This document shows, one piece after another, positions 26,118-34,440 of a stretch of 44,492 nucleotides of DNA. A program made the translations under genes and the position numbers. The stretch is from an uncultured Clostridia bacterium (lineage in GTDB: Bacteria > Bacillota > Clostridia > Oscillospirales > Oscillospiraceae). The stretch spans positions 1-44,492 of the forward strand of contig CAMZHU010000001.1 in NCBI GenBank assembly GCA_947306975.1, in the 5' to 3' direction. Position 1 is the first letter of the stretch; every line of letters begins with the position of its first letter. Under the pieces are notes generated by a model, which saw only the letters and a program-made list of their open reading frames with translations, was not told where the DNA came from and did not search any database.

Positions 26118-26909
26118 TCATTTCCAGATCTCGCCGATGAGCGGATACTGGGTCTTGTAGCCGATGAGCGAGAGATAGAAACCGCACTGCGGATAATTCT
26201 TAACAAGCTCCTTCAGCGTTTCGATACCGTCGTAATTCGTGTCTGTCGGGATCTCGTAGCCGACTACGTCGGAGAGGAGATATGCCTTTTTGGACATCCA
26301 AGCCTCTGCGATCGTGGGGACCTCGGGATACTTGGCGAGCAACTGGTCAAAGACCTCGTTTTTGCCGAGTATCGGCTGGGTGATGATGAAGGTCGCGCCG
26401 GCGGCAAGCTTGCGCTCCATCTTTGCGAATTCAGCCTCGGGCGGCTCGTAGGGGTTGAATGCGACGCCGAGAACGAAATCGGGATAATTTGCTTTGATAT
26501 ACTTGCAGAGCTCGACGCTGGTGACAGTCACGCAATCGATGCCGATGTCCTTGGGCTCAAGCCTGGACATATCGGGAGCGCCGTCGCCGCTGACGACGAG
26601 GATGTACTTGATGCCGAGGTTCTGAGCGGTCGTGAGTATCTCGTCCAGATTGGCCTTGGAGTGGAAGGTGTTGAGGTGGAGCATGACCTGGTCGGGGTTT
26701 ACAGGCAGCTCGAGCTCGGAGATCATCTCAGTGCCCTGGAATGCCTTGCGGCCCATGGCGTTGTCGGTGAGGCAGATGCAGTATCCGTCTTCCATGACGC
26801 GGGTATACTTCTCAGCGAACTTCTCAAGATCGCCTTCGATGTCTTCGGTGTTCTGCTTCGGGGGGATTATCTCGATGTGATAGCGCTTGTCAAGAATATG
26901 ATTCTTCAT
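26118..26909 (-). CDS. Divergent short methylenetetrahydrofolate reductase (MetF/MTHFR)-like protein
   Basis: 263 aa. Colinear blocks against E. coli MetF: IEIIPP (FEFFPP, Glu kept), ICLTDNA (VSVTYGA), LHLNT (PHLTC), IKYILVVSGD (IRHIVALRGD, Asp kept), VAFNPYEPPEAE (VAAYPEVHPEA), AAGATFIITQP (DAGANRAITQF, Gln kept). No metV-like gene is nearby. Confidence 0.65.
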   Translation of the reverse strand: MKNHILDKRYHIEIIPPKQNTEDIEGDLEKFAEKYTRVMEDGYCICLTDNAMGRKAFQGTEMISELELPVNPDQVMLHLNTFHSKANLDEILTTAQNLGIKYILVVSGDGAPDMSRLEPKDIGIDCVTVTSVELCKYIKANYPDFVLGVAFNPYEPPEAEFAKMERKLAAGATFIITQPILGKNEVFDQLLAKYPEVPTIAEAWMSKKAYLLSDVVGYEIPTDTNYDGIETLKELVKNYPQCGFYLSLIGYKTQYPLIGEIWK

Positions 26910-26954
26910 ACTGTATGTACACTCCTTAATATAGTGGGATGTTGTATATAAGGC

Positions 26955-28631
26955 TTAGAACAGGCCGCTGATAACGCCGTTCTCGTCAACGTCGATCTTC
27001 TCCGCAGCGGGTACCTTCGGCAGACCGGGCATCGTCATGATATCGCCTGTAAGAGCGACTATGAAACCTGCGCCAGCGCTGACCTTCAGGTTGCGGACAG
27101 CGATCCTGAAACCGGAAGGAGCTCCGAGCTTGGTCGGATCGTCGGAGAAGCTGTACTGGGTCTTGGCCATGCAGATGGGCATCTTGTCGTAGCCGAGCTC
27201 TTCGATCTCCTTGAGCTGCTTTACGGCATTGCCGACGAGATCTGCGCCGTCGGCGTGATAGACCTTGGTAGCGATTGCGTTGAGCTTGTCCATAACGGAC
27301 ATCTCTACGTCGTAGGACTGTTTGAAGGAGTTGGGCTGCTCGCAGAGGCGGACGACCTCCTCGGCAAGAGCCTTGCCGCCCTCGCCGCCCTTTGCCCAGA
27401 CTTCGGACAGAGCGACGTTGACGCCGAGTTCCTTGCACTTGTCTTCGACGAGTTTGAGCTCGGCAGCGGTGTCGGTCGGGAAAGCGTTAATGGCTACTAC
27501 GCAAGGTAGGCCGAAAACGTTTTTGATGTTGCTGACGTGCTGGAGCAGATTCGGAAGGCCCTTCTCAAGAGCAGCGAGGTTCTCACCGTTGAGCTCAGCC
27601 TTCGGTACGCCGCCGTGATACTTGAGAGCGCGTACTGTAGCGACGATGACGACCGCGGAGGGCGTGAGCCCTGCCATACGGCACTTTATGTCGAAGAACT
27701 TCTCAGCTCCGAGGTCAGCGGCGAAGCCGGCTTCGGTAACGGCGTAGTCGCCGATCTTAAGAGCCATCTTGGTAGCGGTAATGGAGTTGCAGCCGTGAGC
27801 TATGTTCGCGAACGGGCCGCCGTGGATGAGAGCGGGAGTGCCCTCGAGGGTCTGAACGAGGTTGGGCTTGAGAGCGTCCTTAAGGAGCGCTGCCATTGCG
27901 CCTTCGGCCTTGAGGTCGTGAGCCGTGACGGGCTTGCCTGCATAGGTATAGCCGACGATTATGCGGCCGAGGCGGGCCTTGAGGTCTGTTATATCAGAGG
28001 CAAGGCAGAGGACCGCCATGACCTCGCTGGCAACGGTGATCTCGAAACCGTCTTCACGTGGCACGCCCTGCATGCGTCCGCCGAGTCCGTCGACTATGTT
28101 GCGGAGCTGACGGTCGTTCATATCGACAGCGCGCTTCCAAGTAATGCGCTTGACATCGATGCCGAGAGCATTGCCCTGCTGGATGTGGTTGTCCAGCATT
28201 GCCGCAAGCAGGTTGTTGGCTGCGCCGATGGCATGGAAGTCACCGGTGAAATGGAGGTTTATATCCTCCATGGGAACGACCTGGGCGTAGCCGCCGCCGG
28301 CCGCACCGCCCTTGACTCCGAAAACGGGGCCGAGAGAAGGCTCGCGAAGCGCTACTATCGCGTTCTTGCCGATCTTGCGGAGACCGTCAGTCAGACCGAC
28401 GGATGTGGTCGTCTTGCCCTCTCCTGCAGGAGTGGGGGTTATTGCGGTGACAAGGATCAGCTTGCCGTCGGGACGATCGGACATATCCTTGAGGAAAGCA
28501 TAGTCGATCTTCGCCTTGTAGTTGCCGTACTGCTCGAGATACTTCTCGTCGATGCCGGCGGTCTTTGCGATCTCTGTTATTTTCTTTTTATTACAAGCCT
28601 GAGCTATTTCGATATCTGTCTTGATTTCCAT
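26955..28631 (-). CDS. fhs: Formate--tetrahydrofolate ligase
   Basis: 558 aa with [17 protein letters not shown], and FTHFS-like along its whole length. Confidence 0.95.
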   Translation of the reverse strand: MEIKTDIEIAQACNKKKITEIAKTAGIDEKYLEQYGNYKAKIDYAFLKDMSDRPDGKLILVTAITPTPAGEGKTTTSVGLTDGLRKIGKNAIVALREPSLGPVFGVKGGAAGGGYAQVVPMEDINLHFTGDFHAIGAANNLLAAMLDNHIQQGNALGIDVKRITWKRAVDMNDRQLRNIVDGLGGRMQGVPREDGFEITVASEVMAVLCLASDITDLKARLGRIIVGYTYAGKPVTAHDLKAEGAMAALLKDALKPNLVQTLEGTPALIHGGPFANIAHGCNSITATKMALKIGDYAVTEAGFAADLGAEKFFDIKCRMAGLTPSAVVIVATVRALKYHGGVPKAELNGENLAALEKGLPNLLQHVSNIKNVFGLPCVVAINAFPTDTAAELKLVEDKCKELGVNVALSEVWAKGGEGGKALAEEVVRLCEQPNSFKQSYDVEMSVMDKLNAIATKVYHADGADLVGNAVKQLKEIEELGYDKMPICMAKTQYSFSDDPTKLGAPSGFRIAVRNLKVSAGAGFIVALTGDIMTMPGLPKVPAAEKIDVDENGVISGLF

Positions 28632-28655
28632 TTATATATCCTCCAGAATTCCTGC

Positions 28656-29459
28656 TTACTTCTTCTGTACGCCGAACTTGTCGTCGTTGTAGGCCTCCAT
28701 GTACTCCATGCAGTACTCGTCCTCTTCCATGAGGACTTCGGTGGCGTACATAGCGCCGAGCATATCGCGGTTGGTCGGATCCATGATGGCGCTGTCCATG
28801 CCGAGGTAACGGGCGATGGTCAGGAAAGCCATGTTCATGGTCTTGCGGGACGGGATACCGAAGGAGATGTTGGAAAGTCCGCTTGTGATGTGGATGTCAG
28901 GATACGCGTTGCGGATGTACTTCGTTACAGCCGCGAATCCGGTGAATGCCTCGGGCTTGGTGCCCACGCTGAATACCAGCGGGTCGATGTGGAGGCGGGA
29001 CGGAGCTATGTTGTACTCCTTCGCCTTCACCATAAGTCTCTCAAAGATGGAGATACGCTCTTCAACGCCGTCGGGGATCTTGTTGCTGTCGCAGAGAAGC
29101 GCGACGCATTCCCACTTGGTGTCGGCTATGACAGGGAAAACCGTCTCGATCTTGTTGCCCTCGAGAGAAACGGAGTTGATGAGGCCGGGCTTTTTGCAGA
29201 ACGGCATGGCATCGACGATGCTCTGAGCGTTGGGGCTGTCGATGCAGATCTTCGCATCGCTTACTTCCTGTACCAGGTCGATGAGCCACTTCAGCGTCTC
29301 CACGTCCTTGTCGACGACTGACGAGCAGACGTCGATAAAGTCCGCGCCGCCCTCGGTCTGACGGATTGCGAGATCGCGGATCCAGTCCTCGTTCTTCTCT
29401 GCTATTGCCTTTGCTACGGAGGGGATAGCGCCGTTGATTTTTTCGCCGATGATGATCAT
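28656..29459 (-). CDS. Methyl-corrinoid:tetrahydrofolate methyltransferase (pterin-binding DHPS-like barrel, MT-II type)
   Basis: 267 aa. MIIIGEKING, GGADFIDVC, GLINSVSLEG and TSGLSNISFG are the pterin-binding-domain blocks seen in AcsE/MtrH/MetH-type and demethylase MT-II proteins. Confidence 0.8.
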   Translation of the reverse strand: MIIIGEKINGAIPSVAKAIAEKNEDWIRDLAIRQTEGGADFIDVCSSVVDKDVETLKWLIDLVQEVSDAKICIDSPNAQSIVDAMPFCKKPGLINSVSLEGNKIETVFPVIADTKWECVALLCDSNKIPDGVEERISIFERLMVKAKEYNIAPSRLHIDPLVFSVGTKPEAFTGFAAVTKYIRNAYPDIHITSGLSNISFGIPSRKTMNMAFLTIARYLGMDSAIMDPTNRDMLGAMYATEVLMEEDEYCMEYMEAYNDDKFGVQKK

Positions 29460-29592
29460 TTTGGTTTTCTCCTTTCAGTCTTATACGCGGTTCCCTGCTG
29501 CCCCCGGAAAACCGGTCAGGTCCACGGTTATATCTTTATGAACACATTCTAATTATTAAGCGCATGAGTTTCTTGTAAAACTATAATAAAAG

Positions 29593-29620
29593 TTGTAATT
29601 TTATACGATTGTGCTATAAT
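29593..29620 (+). promoter_or_regulatory. Candidate promoter of the PocR-AraC regulator gene (TTGTAA-16-TATAAT), within a 208-nt divergent control region
   Basis: TTGTAAttttatacgattgtgcTATAAT. The opposite strand carries TTTACA-17-ATAATT-like elements for the MT-II operon. Confidence 0.4.
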
Positions 29621-29667
29621 CAAAAACATGAAACAAAGCGCTGCCGCGCTAGTCACGGAGGACCGTC

Positions 29668-30915
29668 ATGGAATCTCATCTTTTCCTGTACTTTCCCAAG
29701 AGAGACCTGGAACTCATTCTGGACGCGCTGCACTCCTGCGTGGGCCTGTACATACAGCTGATCGACGATACCGGTAACCAGCTGCTTGCCTACGGCGAGC
29801 CTGCCTCCTACTGCACACTGGCAGGATCCTGCCTCCCTGACGGCAGTTCCTGCAGAAGCGAACATGTAGAAGCCGCAAAACGCGCCATCGAACTCGGTGA
29901 ACCTTACGTTTTCTGCTGCTCGTCCGGTCTCTACCATATCTCCTACCCCATCGTCAACAGAGAGCGCATGTTCGGTTCCGTCCTGATTGGGCCGTTCCTC
30001 ATGGACGGCACCGACGAGGATCTGATCAAGTACCTTGCCAGTACTACCGAGATACCCACGGACACGGTCCTGGAACTTTACAAGAGCTCTCAATCCATCA
30101 AGGAATTATCTCCCGAAGAAGTAGTCAAGGTGAGCCGGCTCCTCTACTATCTCGTGAACAGTCTCATATCCGGAAGCCGCGAACTCCTGAAGGCAAACAG
30201 GGACAGGCAGCTCCACCAGTCGAAGGTCGGCGAATCCATACGCCGCTACAAACAGCAGGATCCCTCGATTTGGAAAACATATCCTTTCGAGAAAGAGCGC
30301 ATACTTCTTTCCGAAACACGGGCCGGAAATGTCGAAGGAGCCCGCACTGCGTTCGACGAGTATCTCGCTCACCTCGTCCAGTATGAAAAATACGATACTG
30401 AGAATTTGAAATTCAGGCTCATCGAGCTATGCTCTCTCCTGTCCCGGGCTTCGATAGAGCGCGGAGCCGACGAGACCGTCATACTGGAACTCAACAAACA
30501 CCTCATTCAGAACATCCTAAGTTCCTATAACATCAACGAGATAACTTACCGTCTGCACGAGAATCTCGACGTATTCACGGAAAGTCTTTTCTTTACATCT
30601 GACAAAAACAACAAACTCGTAAAACGCGCGACCGAATACGTACATGACCATTCCGCGGAAAAGATCTCTCTTTCGAACGTAGCGAAAACCCTCGGGGTAA
30701 CCTCTCCGTATCTCTCCATGCTCTTCAAACACGTTACCGGTCTCACCTTCCGCGACTACCTGAACAAGGTCCGCGTCGAGGAGGCAAAGCGTCTTCTTAT
30801 AAGCACGGACTATCAGATCATGGAGATAGCAGTCGCATGCGGGTTCAACGACCAGAGCTATTTCACCAAAGTATTCAAAAAATATACCGGCCTTTCGCCG
30901 AGGAGCTTTCGCTGA
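29668..30915 (+). CDS. AraC-family transcriptional regulator with N-terminal PocR sensory domain
   Basis: The N-terminus is PocR-like (LDALHSCVGLYIQLIDDTGNQL...EPYVFCCSSGLYHISYPI...GSVLIGPFLM). The C-terminus carries a double HTH (SLSNVAKTLGVTSPYLSMLFK; IMEIAVACGFNDQSYFTKVFKKYTGLSPRSFR). Confidence 0.85.
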   Translation: MESHLFLYFPKRDLELILDALHSCVGLYIQLIDDTGNQLLAYGEPASYCTLAGSCLPDGSSCRSEHVEAAKRAIELGEPYVFCCSSGLYHISYPIVNRERMFGSVLIGPFLMDGTDEDLIKYLASTTEIPTDTVLELYKSSQSIKELSPEEVVKVSRLLYYLVNSLISGSRELLKANRDRQLHQSKVGESIRRYKQQDPSIWKTYPFEKERILLSETRAGNVEGARTAFDEYLAHLVQYEKYDTENLKFRLIELCSLLSRASIERGADETVILELNKHLIQNILSSYNINEITYRLHENLDVFTESLFFTSDKNNKLVKRATEYVHDHSAEKISLSNVAKTLGVTSPYLSMLFKHVTGLTFRDYLNKVRVEEAKRLLISTDYQIMEIAVACGFNDQSYFTKVFKKYTGLSPRSFR

Positions 30916-31010
30916 TCCGGACATTCAGCGCACACTTCGGGCCGCCGCTGTGTTTTGCCGATGATCCCGCCTCAGGCGGAACCTGCGCAGGAACAGCACA
31001 TGAACACATG

Positions 31011-31046
31011 CAAAAGAGCGCCCGGAGGGTTGTTCCCCGGGCGCTC
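31011..31046 (-). terminator. Terminator after the EamA gene
   Basis: The minus strand reads GAGCGCCCGG-ggaacaaccct-CCGGGCGCTC followed by TTTTG. Confidence 0.6.
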
Positions 31047-31066
31047 AGCGCGTAAAAGATGTTTAG

Positions 31067-32008
31067 TTACCCGTCTTTCTGCGGAGGGCCGTCCAGATCC
31101 GCGGTTTCAATGTGTCCGCCGACGCTCAGAAGGCAGATCGCCCCGACGACCAGCAGCACTCCGATTATTTTAGCTGCCGTTATCTCTTCCCTGTACACTG
31201 CCATTCCCAGGACCGACCCGACCACCGGTTCCAGCGTCGCCATCATCGAAGCTCTTCCGGGCTCCACCCCGCTCAGCCCCGCCGTGTAAAGGATGTAAGG
31301 AAGAATACAGCACAGGACCGCTATACACACCGCGCCGGTGGCCCCTCCGGGCGTGGAAAGCGCAGCGCACACTTCCCGGAAACGGATCAACGGCAGTATT
31401 CCTACCGCTCCCACGATGAACGAATACGCTGTAACGGTCTCAGACGTATACCTTCTGAGTGCAAGTTTGCCGAATATAGAATATAGTGCATATCCGAAAC
31501 CGCTGCCCAGTCCGAAGAGCAGGGCGGACAACCCGATCCTGCTGCCGCTGGAAAGCGCTCCGGTTACAAGAACGCACCCGGCAAACGTTATTATCAGCGC
31601 TATGACTTTTAACTTCGTTATCCTCTCGCGGAAGACCGCCGCAGACATGAGCATCACGAATATTGGCGCAGTATAGAGCAGGACAACGGCTACCGATATA
31701 CCGCTCCGCTCTATGGCGTTGAAATAGCACCAGTTAAAAAAGACCAGGCTGCATATGCCTGTCCCGATAAACAGCGGGAAGTCCCTAAGCCTTATCTTGA
31801 GAGCTTTCCTGTTCGTTGCCAGCAGCCATACTGTATATATGACGGCCGACAGTACGACACGCACCGCGACAGACTGCATAGCGTCGAGTCCGGCGGCGGT
31901 CAGGAGCTTGAAGAATATGCCTATACAGCCCCAAAGCGCGGCGGCGGCCAGTATGTAGATATACGAACGTGCTCTGGTGTTCAAAGTGTGCGGTCCCTTT
32001 CTCTGCAA
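31067..32008 (-). CDS. EamA/DMT-family transporter
   Basis: About 10 TM helices arranged as two EamA repeats. TTG start at 32008; an alternative TTG at 31984 has AAAGGGA upstream. Confidence 0.8.
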   Translation of the reverse strand: MQRKGPHTLNTRARSYIYILAAAALWGCIGIFFKLLTAAGLDAMQSVAVRVVLSAVIYTVWLLATNRKALKIRLRDFPLFIGTGICSLVFFNWCYFNAIERSGISVAVVLLYTAPIFVMLMSAAVFRERITKLKVIALIITFAGCVLVTGALSSGSRIGLSALLFGLGSGFGYALYSIFGKLALRRYTSETVTAYSFIVGAVGILPLIRFREVCAALSTPGGATGAVCIAVLCCILPYILYTAGLSGVEPGRASMMATLEPVVGSVLGMAVYREEITAAKIIGVLLVVGAICLLSVGGHIETADLDGPPQKDG

Positions 32009-32054
32009 GAAAATACAGCCGGTTCTGCCGGTTTCTGGATAATTATACCACTAT

Positions 32055-32082
32055 TTGCAAAACCGTACAATACGTGTATAAT
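32055..32082 (+). promoter_or_regulatory. Candidate tetR promoter (TTGCAA-16-TGtTATAAT, extended -10)
   Basis: TTGCAAaaccgtacaatacgtgTATAAT. Confidence 0.45.
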
Positions 32083-32105
32083 CATGACGATCGGAGGTGA
32101 CCGCG

Positions 32106-32699
32106 ATGGCAGGAACGACCGACAGGAACGCCACAAAGAAAAAGATTGTCACAGCCGCGTGGAAACTATTCTACGAACGCGGATACGATTACACAACTGT
32201 AGACGATATCATAGCCGTTTCCGGCACGTCCAAAGGCTCTTTCTACCACTATTTCGAGGGCAAGGACGCGCTGCTGGGCAGTCTTTCCCTTCTTTTTGAT
32301 GAGAAGTATGAGGAACTCATGAAGACGCTGGATCCGGAGACCGACAGTTTTGAGAAACTGCTGTGGCTGAACTACGAGCTGTTCGCGATGATTGAGGATT
32401 CGGTACCCATCGAACTGCTGGCTCAGCTCTACTCTACCCAGCTGGTCACGAAAGGAGAAAAGCACTTGCTTGACAGACGCAGGACATACTACCGGCTCCT
32501 CCGTATGATAGTCATCGAAGGGCAGGAACGCGGCCAGCTGCGCTCCGATCTGACGGTAAACGATATAACGAAGCTCTACGCCCTCTGTGAACGGGCTCTT
32601 CTATACGACTGGTGCCTGTGCGGGGGCGAGTATTCACTTAAAGCCTACGCCAAAAGGGTCATGCCCATGTTCCTGCGCGGCATACTCCCGGAAAAGTAG
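32106..32699 (+). CDS. TetR/AcrR-family transcriptional regulator
   Basis: HTH region KKKIVTAAWKLFYERGYDYTTVDDIIAVSGTSKGSFYHYF. The ATG at 32106 has GGAGGTG 6 nt upstream; the ORF track starts at a GTG at 32097. The stop codon is TAG. Confidence 0.85.
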   Translation: MAGTTDRNATKKKIVTAAWKLFYERGYDYTTVDDIIAVSGTSKGSFYHYFEGKDALLGSLSLLFDEKYEELMKTLDPETDSFEKLLWLNYELFAMIEDSVPIELLAQLYSTQLVTKGEKHLLDRRRTYYRLLRMIVIEGQERGQLRSDLTVNDITKLYALCERALLYDWCLCGGEYSLKAYAKRVMPMFLRGILPEK

Positions 32700-32780
32700 G
32701 CAAAAAGTTTTGTATGTCGTTTTGACATCAGTCTATTAAATATTTCCTTTATTATCAGGCTTTATTTAGTTGTTTTCAAT

Positions 32781-32810
32781 ACGGAGTATAGACTTTAGTC
32801 TATACTCCGT
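32781..32810. repeat. Perfect 13-bp inverted repeat (ACGGAGTATAGAC-ttta-GTCTATACTCCGT) between tetR and putP
   Basis: Read directly from the sequence. It could be the tetR terminator (weak T-tract TCTCTATT) or an operator upstream of the putP promoter. Confidence 0.5.
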
Positions 32811-32816
32811 TCTCTA

Positions 32817-32845
32817 TTGCATTTCATAGTTTACAGTAGTATATT
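32817..32845 (+). promoter_or_regulatory. Candidate putP promoter (TTGCAT-17-TATATT)
   Basis: TTGCATttcatagtttacagtagTATATT, 34 nt upstream of the ATG. Confidence 0.4.
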
Positions 32846-32878
32846 TATTCGTATAAATCGTTTTACGGAGGGATCCGC

Positions 32879-34348
32879 ATGAACAACACAGAACTTATAG
32901 TCTTTATCGTGTATTTCATATTTATGATAGCGATAGGTCTGTACTTCTTCCTGAAGAACCGCTCCGGCGGTGAAAAGGCGTACTTCCTCGGTAACCGCCA
33001 GGTGAACGGTCTCATCGCCGCTCTAAGCGCCGGCGCGTCCGACATGAGCTCATGGGTGCTCATGGGCCTTCCCGCCTCCATCTTCGTCGCCGGTCTCGGC
33101 AAAGTCTGGATCGCCGTCGGTCTGGCGATCGGAACGGTGCTCAGCTGGATATTCGTAGCCCCCAGACTCAGGAGCTTCTCGATAGTCGCCAACGACTCGA
33201 TCACGCTTCCCCAGTATCTGACGAACCGTTTCCTGAGCAAAAGCAAGATCCTGCAGGTCATCTGCGCCATTCTCTTTATAGTTGTCTACGCTATATACGC
33301 CGCGTCCAGCATCAAAGCCTGCGGCACGCTCTTCAACACTGTCATCGGCATCGAGGCAAAAACCGCCATGTATATAGCCGCGGCGATCATTATCGTATAC
33401 ACCTTCCTCGGCGGTTTCTCGGCAGTCTGCTGGACAGACTTCTTCCAGGGCTTGCTGATGCTCATAGCGCTGATGCTGGCGCCGATAGTCGGTATGGTCG
33501 TCATCAGGAACGGCGGCGGCGTCGCCGCGACAGACGTCGTCGAGAACTTCTGGAACCCCCTGCCCAGCGGCAGGTTTGACTGGACCAGCATCTCGAGCAT
33601 CATAACCGGTCTCGGATGGGGCCTCGGCTACTTCGGCATGCCCCACATTATAATCCGTTACATGGCCATCAAGTCACCGGCCGCTCTCAAGCGCTCACGC
33701 GTCATAGGTTCGATATGGACCTGCCTCATCCTTGTGTTTTCAGTCGCTGTAGCTCTTGTCGGCAAAAACCTCGTCGGAGATCTTGACGACTCGAGTGTGG
33801 TCTTCATCACGATGGTCCGCAAACTCTTCCCCGCCGTAGTATCCGGTATTCTTCTCTCCGCGATCCTCGCAGCGTCGATGTCTACTGCAGACTCTCAGCT
33901 TTTGGCATCCGCCTCGGCGTTCGCAAGCGACGTCTACAGACCGATCATACACAAGAACGCATCGAACAAAGAAATGATGTGGGTCGGAAGAATCATCGTT
34001 ATCCTCGTGTCTATCGCCGCACTTCTTATCGCGGCAAACCCGAACTCCGGCACCATCATGTCACTGGTCGAGAACGCCTGGGGCCTCTTCGGCGCTGCTT
34101 TTGGGCCGGTGATCCTTCTCAGTCTCTACTGGAAACGTTTCTCCTTCGTAGGCGCTGTGGCGAGCATCCTGGTCGGCGCTATAGTGGACGCTCTATGGCT
34201 CATATTCCTTTCCGGCAGCACCGGTGTTTACGAGATCGTTCCCGGCTTCATCTGCGGTCTTCTCGCCGGATACATCTTCTCCAAATGCTCCAAGGCAACG
34301 CCCGAAGCAATGGAGCTTTATGATACGGGCGTAGCTTATGACAAATAA
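32879..34348 (+). CDS. putP: Sodium/proline symporter (SSS family)
   Basis: 489 aa with about 13 TM helices. SSS-family blocks include YFLGNRQVNG, GASDMSSWVLMGLP and GMPHIIIRYMA. Confidence 0.8.
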   Translation: MNNTELIVFIVYFIFMIAIGLYFFLKNRSGGEKAYFLGNRQVNGLIAALSAGASDMSSWVLMGLPASIFVAGLGKVWIAVGLAIGTVLSWIFVAPRLRSFSIVANDSITLPQYLTNRFLSKSKILQVICAILFIVVYAIYAASSIKACGTLFNTVIGIEAKTAMYIAAAIIIVYTFLGGFSAVCWTDFFQGLLMLIALMLAPIVGMVVIRNGGGVAATDVVENFWNPLPSGRFDWTSISSIITGLGWGLGYFGMPHIIIRYMAIKSPAALKRSRVIGSIWTCLILVFSVAVALVGKNLVGDLDDSSVVFITMVRKLFPAVVSGILLSAILAASMSTADSQLLASASAFASDVYRPIIHKNASNKEMMWVGRIIVILVSIAALLIAANPNSGTIMSLVENAWGLFGAAFGPVILLSLYWKRFSFVGAVASILVGAIVDALWLIFLSGSTGVYEIVPGFICGLLAGYIFSKCSKATPEAMELYDTGVAYDK

Positions 34349-34376
34349 CAGGTTTTTTCCTCCTGCCAACAAAATA

Positions 34377-34414
34377 AAGACTGATGCGGCGCTGAAAAGC
34401 GCCGCATCAGTCTT
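34377..34414. terminator. Bidirectional terminator between convergent putP and MATE genes
   Basis: 16-bp perfect stem AAGACTGATGCGGCGC-tgaaaa-GCGCCGCATCAGTCTT, flanked by A-rich and T-rich sequence. Confidence 0.7.
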
Positions 34415-34440
34415 ATTGTTAAGAGTTTTTCTTTTCAGGC

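Noticed and set aside
27537-29321. Very long plus-strand ORF (594 aa) in the ORF track, along with similar ones at 15508..16725, 36434..37636, 42779..43879, 24110..25198, 22596..23462, 26097..26951, 17095..17976 and 873..1487.
   Set aside because: Each lies antisense to a minus-strand gene with unmistakable family motifs (fhs/MT-II, Pct, ppdK, glyQS, etfA, folD, metF-like, corrinoid protein, TRAP permease). Their translations are low-complexity and rich in Arg/Ala/Leu/Asp, with no RBS. The 594-aa one even spans two genes and their spacer. These are typical shadow ORFs of GC-rich, codon-biased genes.
32697-32882. The reading frame after the tetR TAG stays free of TAA and TGA for about 60 codons (one more TAG at 32796), until a TGA overlapping the putP start.
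   Set aside because: I considered this as support for TAG read-through. However, the stretch is an AT-rich intergenic region with promoter elements and a 13-bp hairpin, and the hypothetical peptide is low-complexity (FVCRFDISLLNISFIIRLYLVVF...). It is most likely chance.
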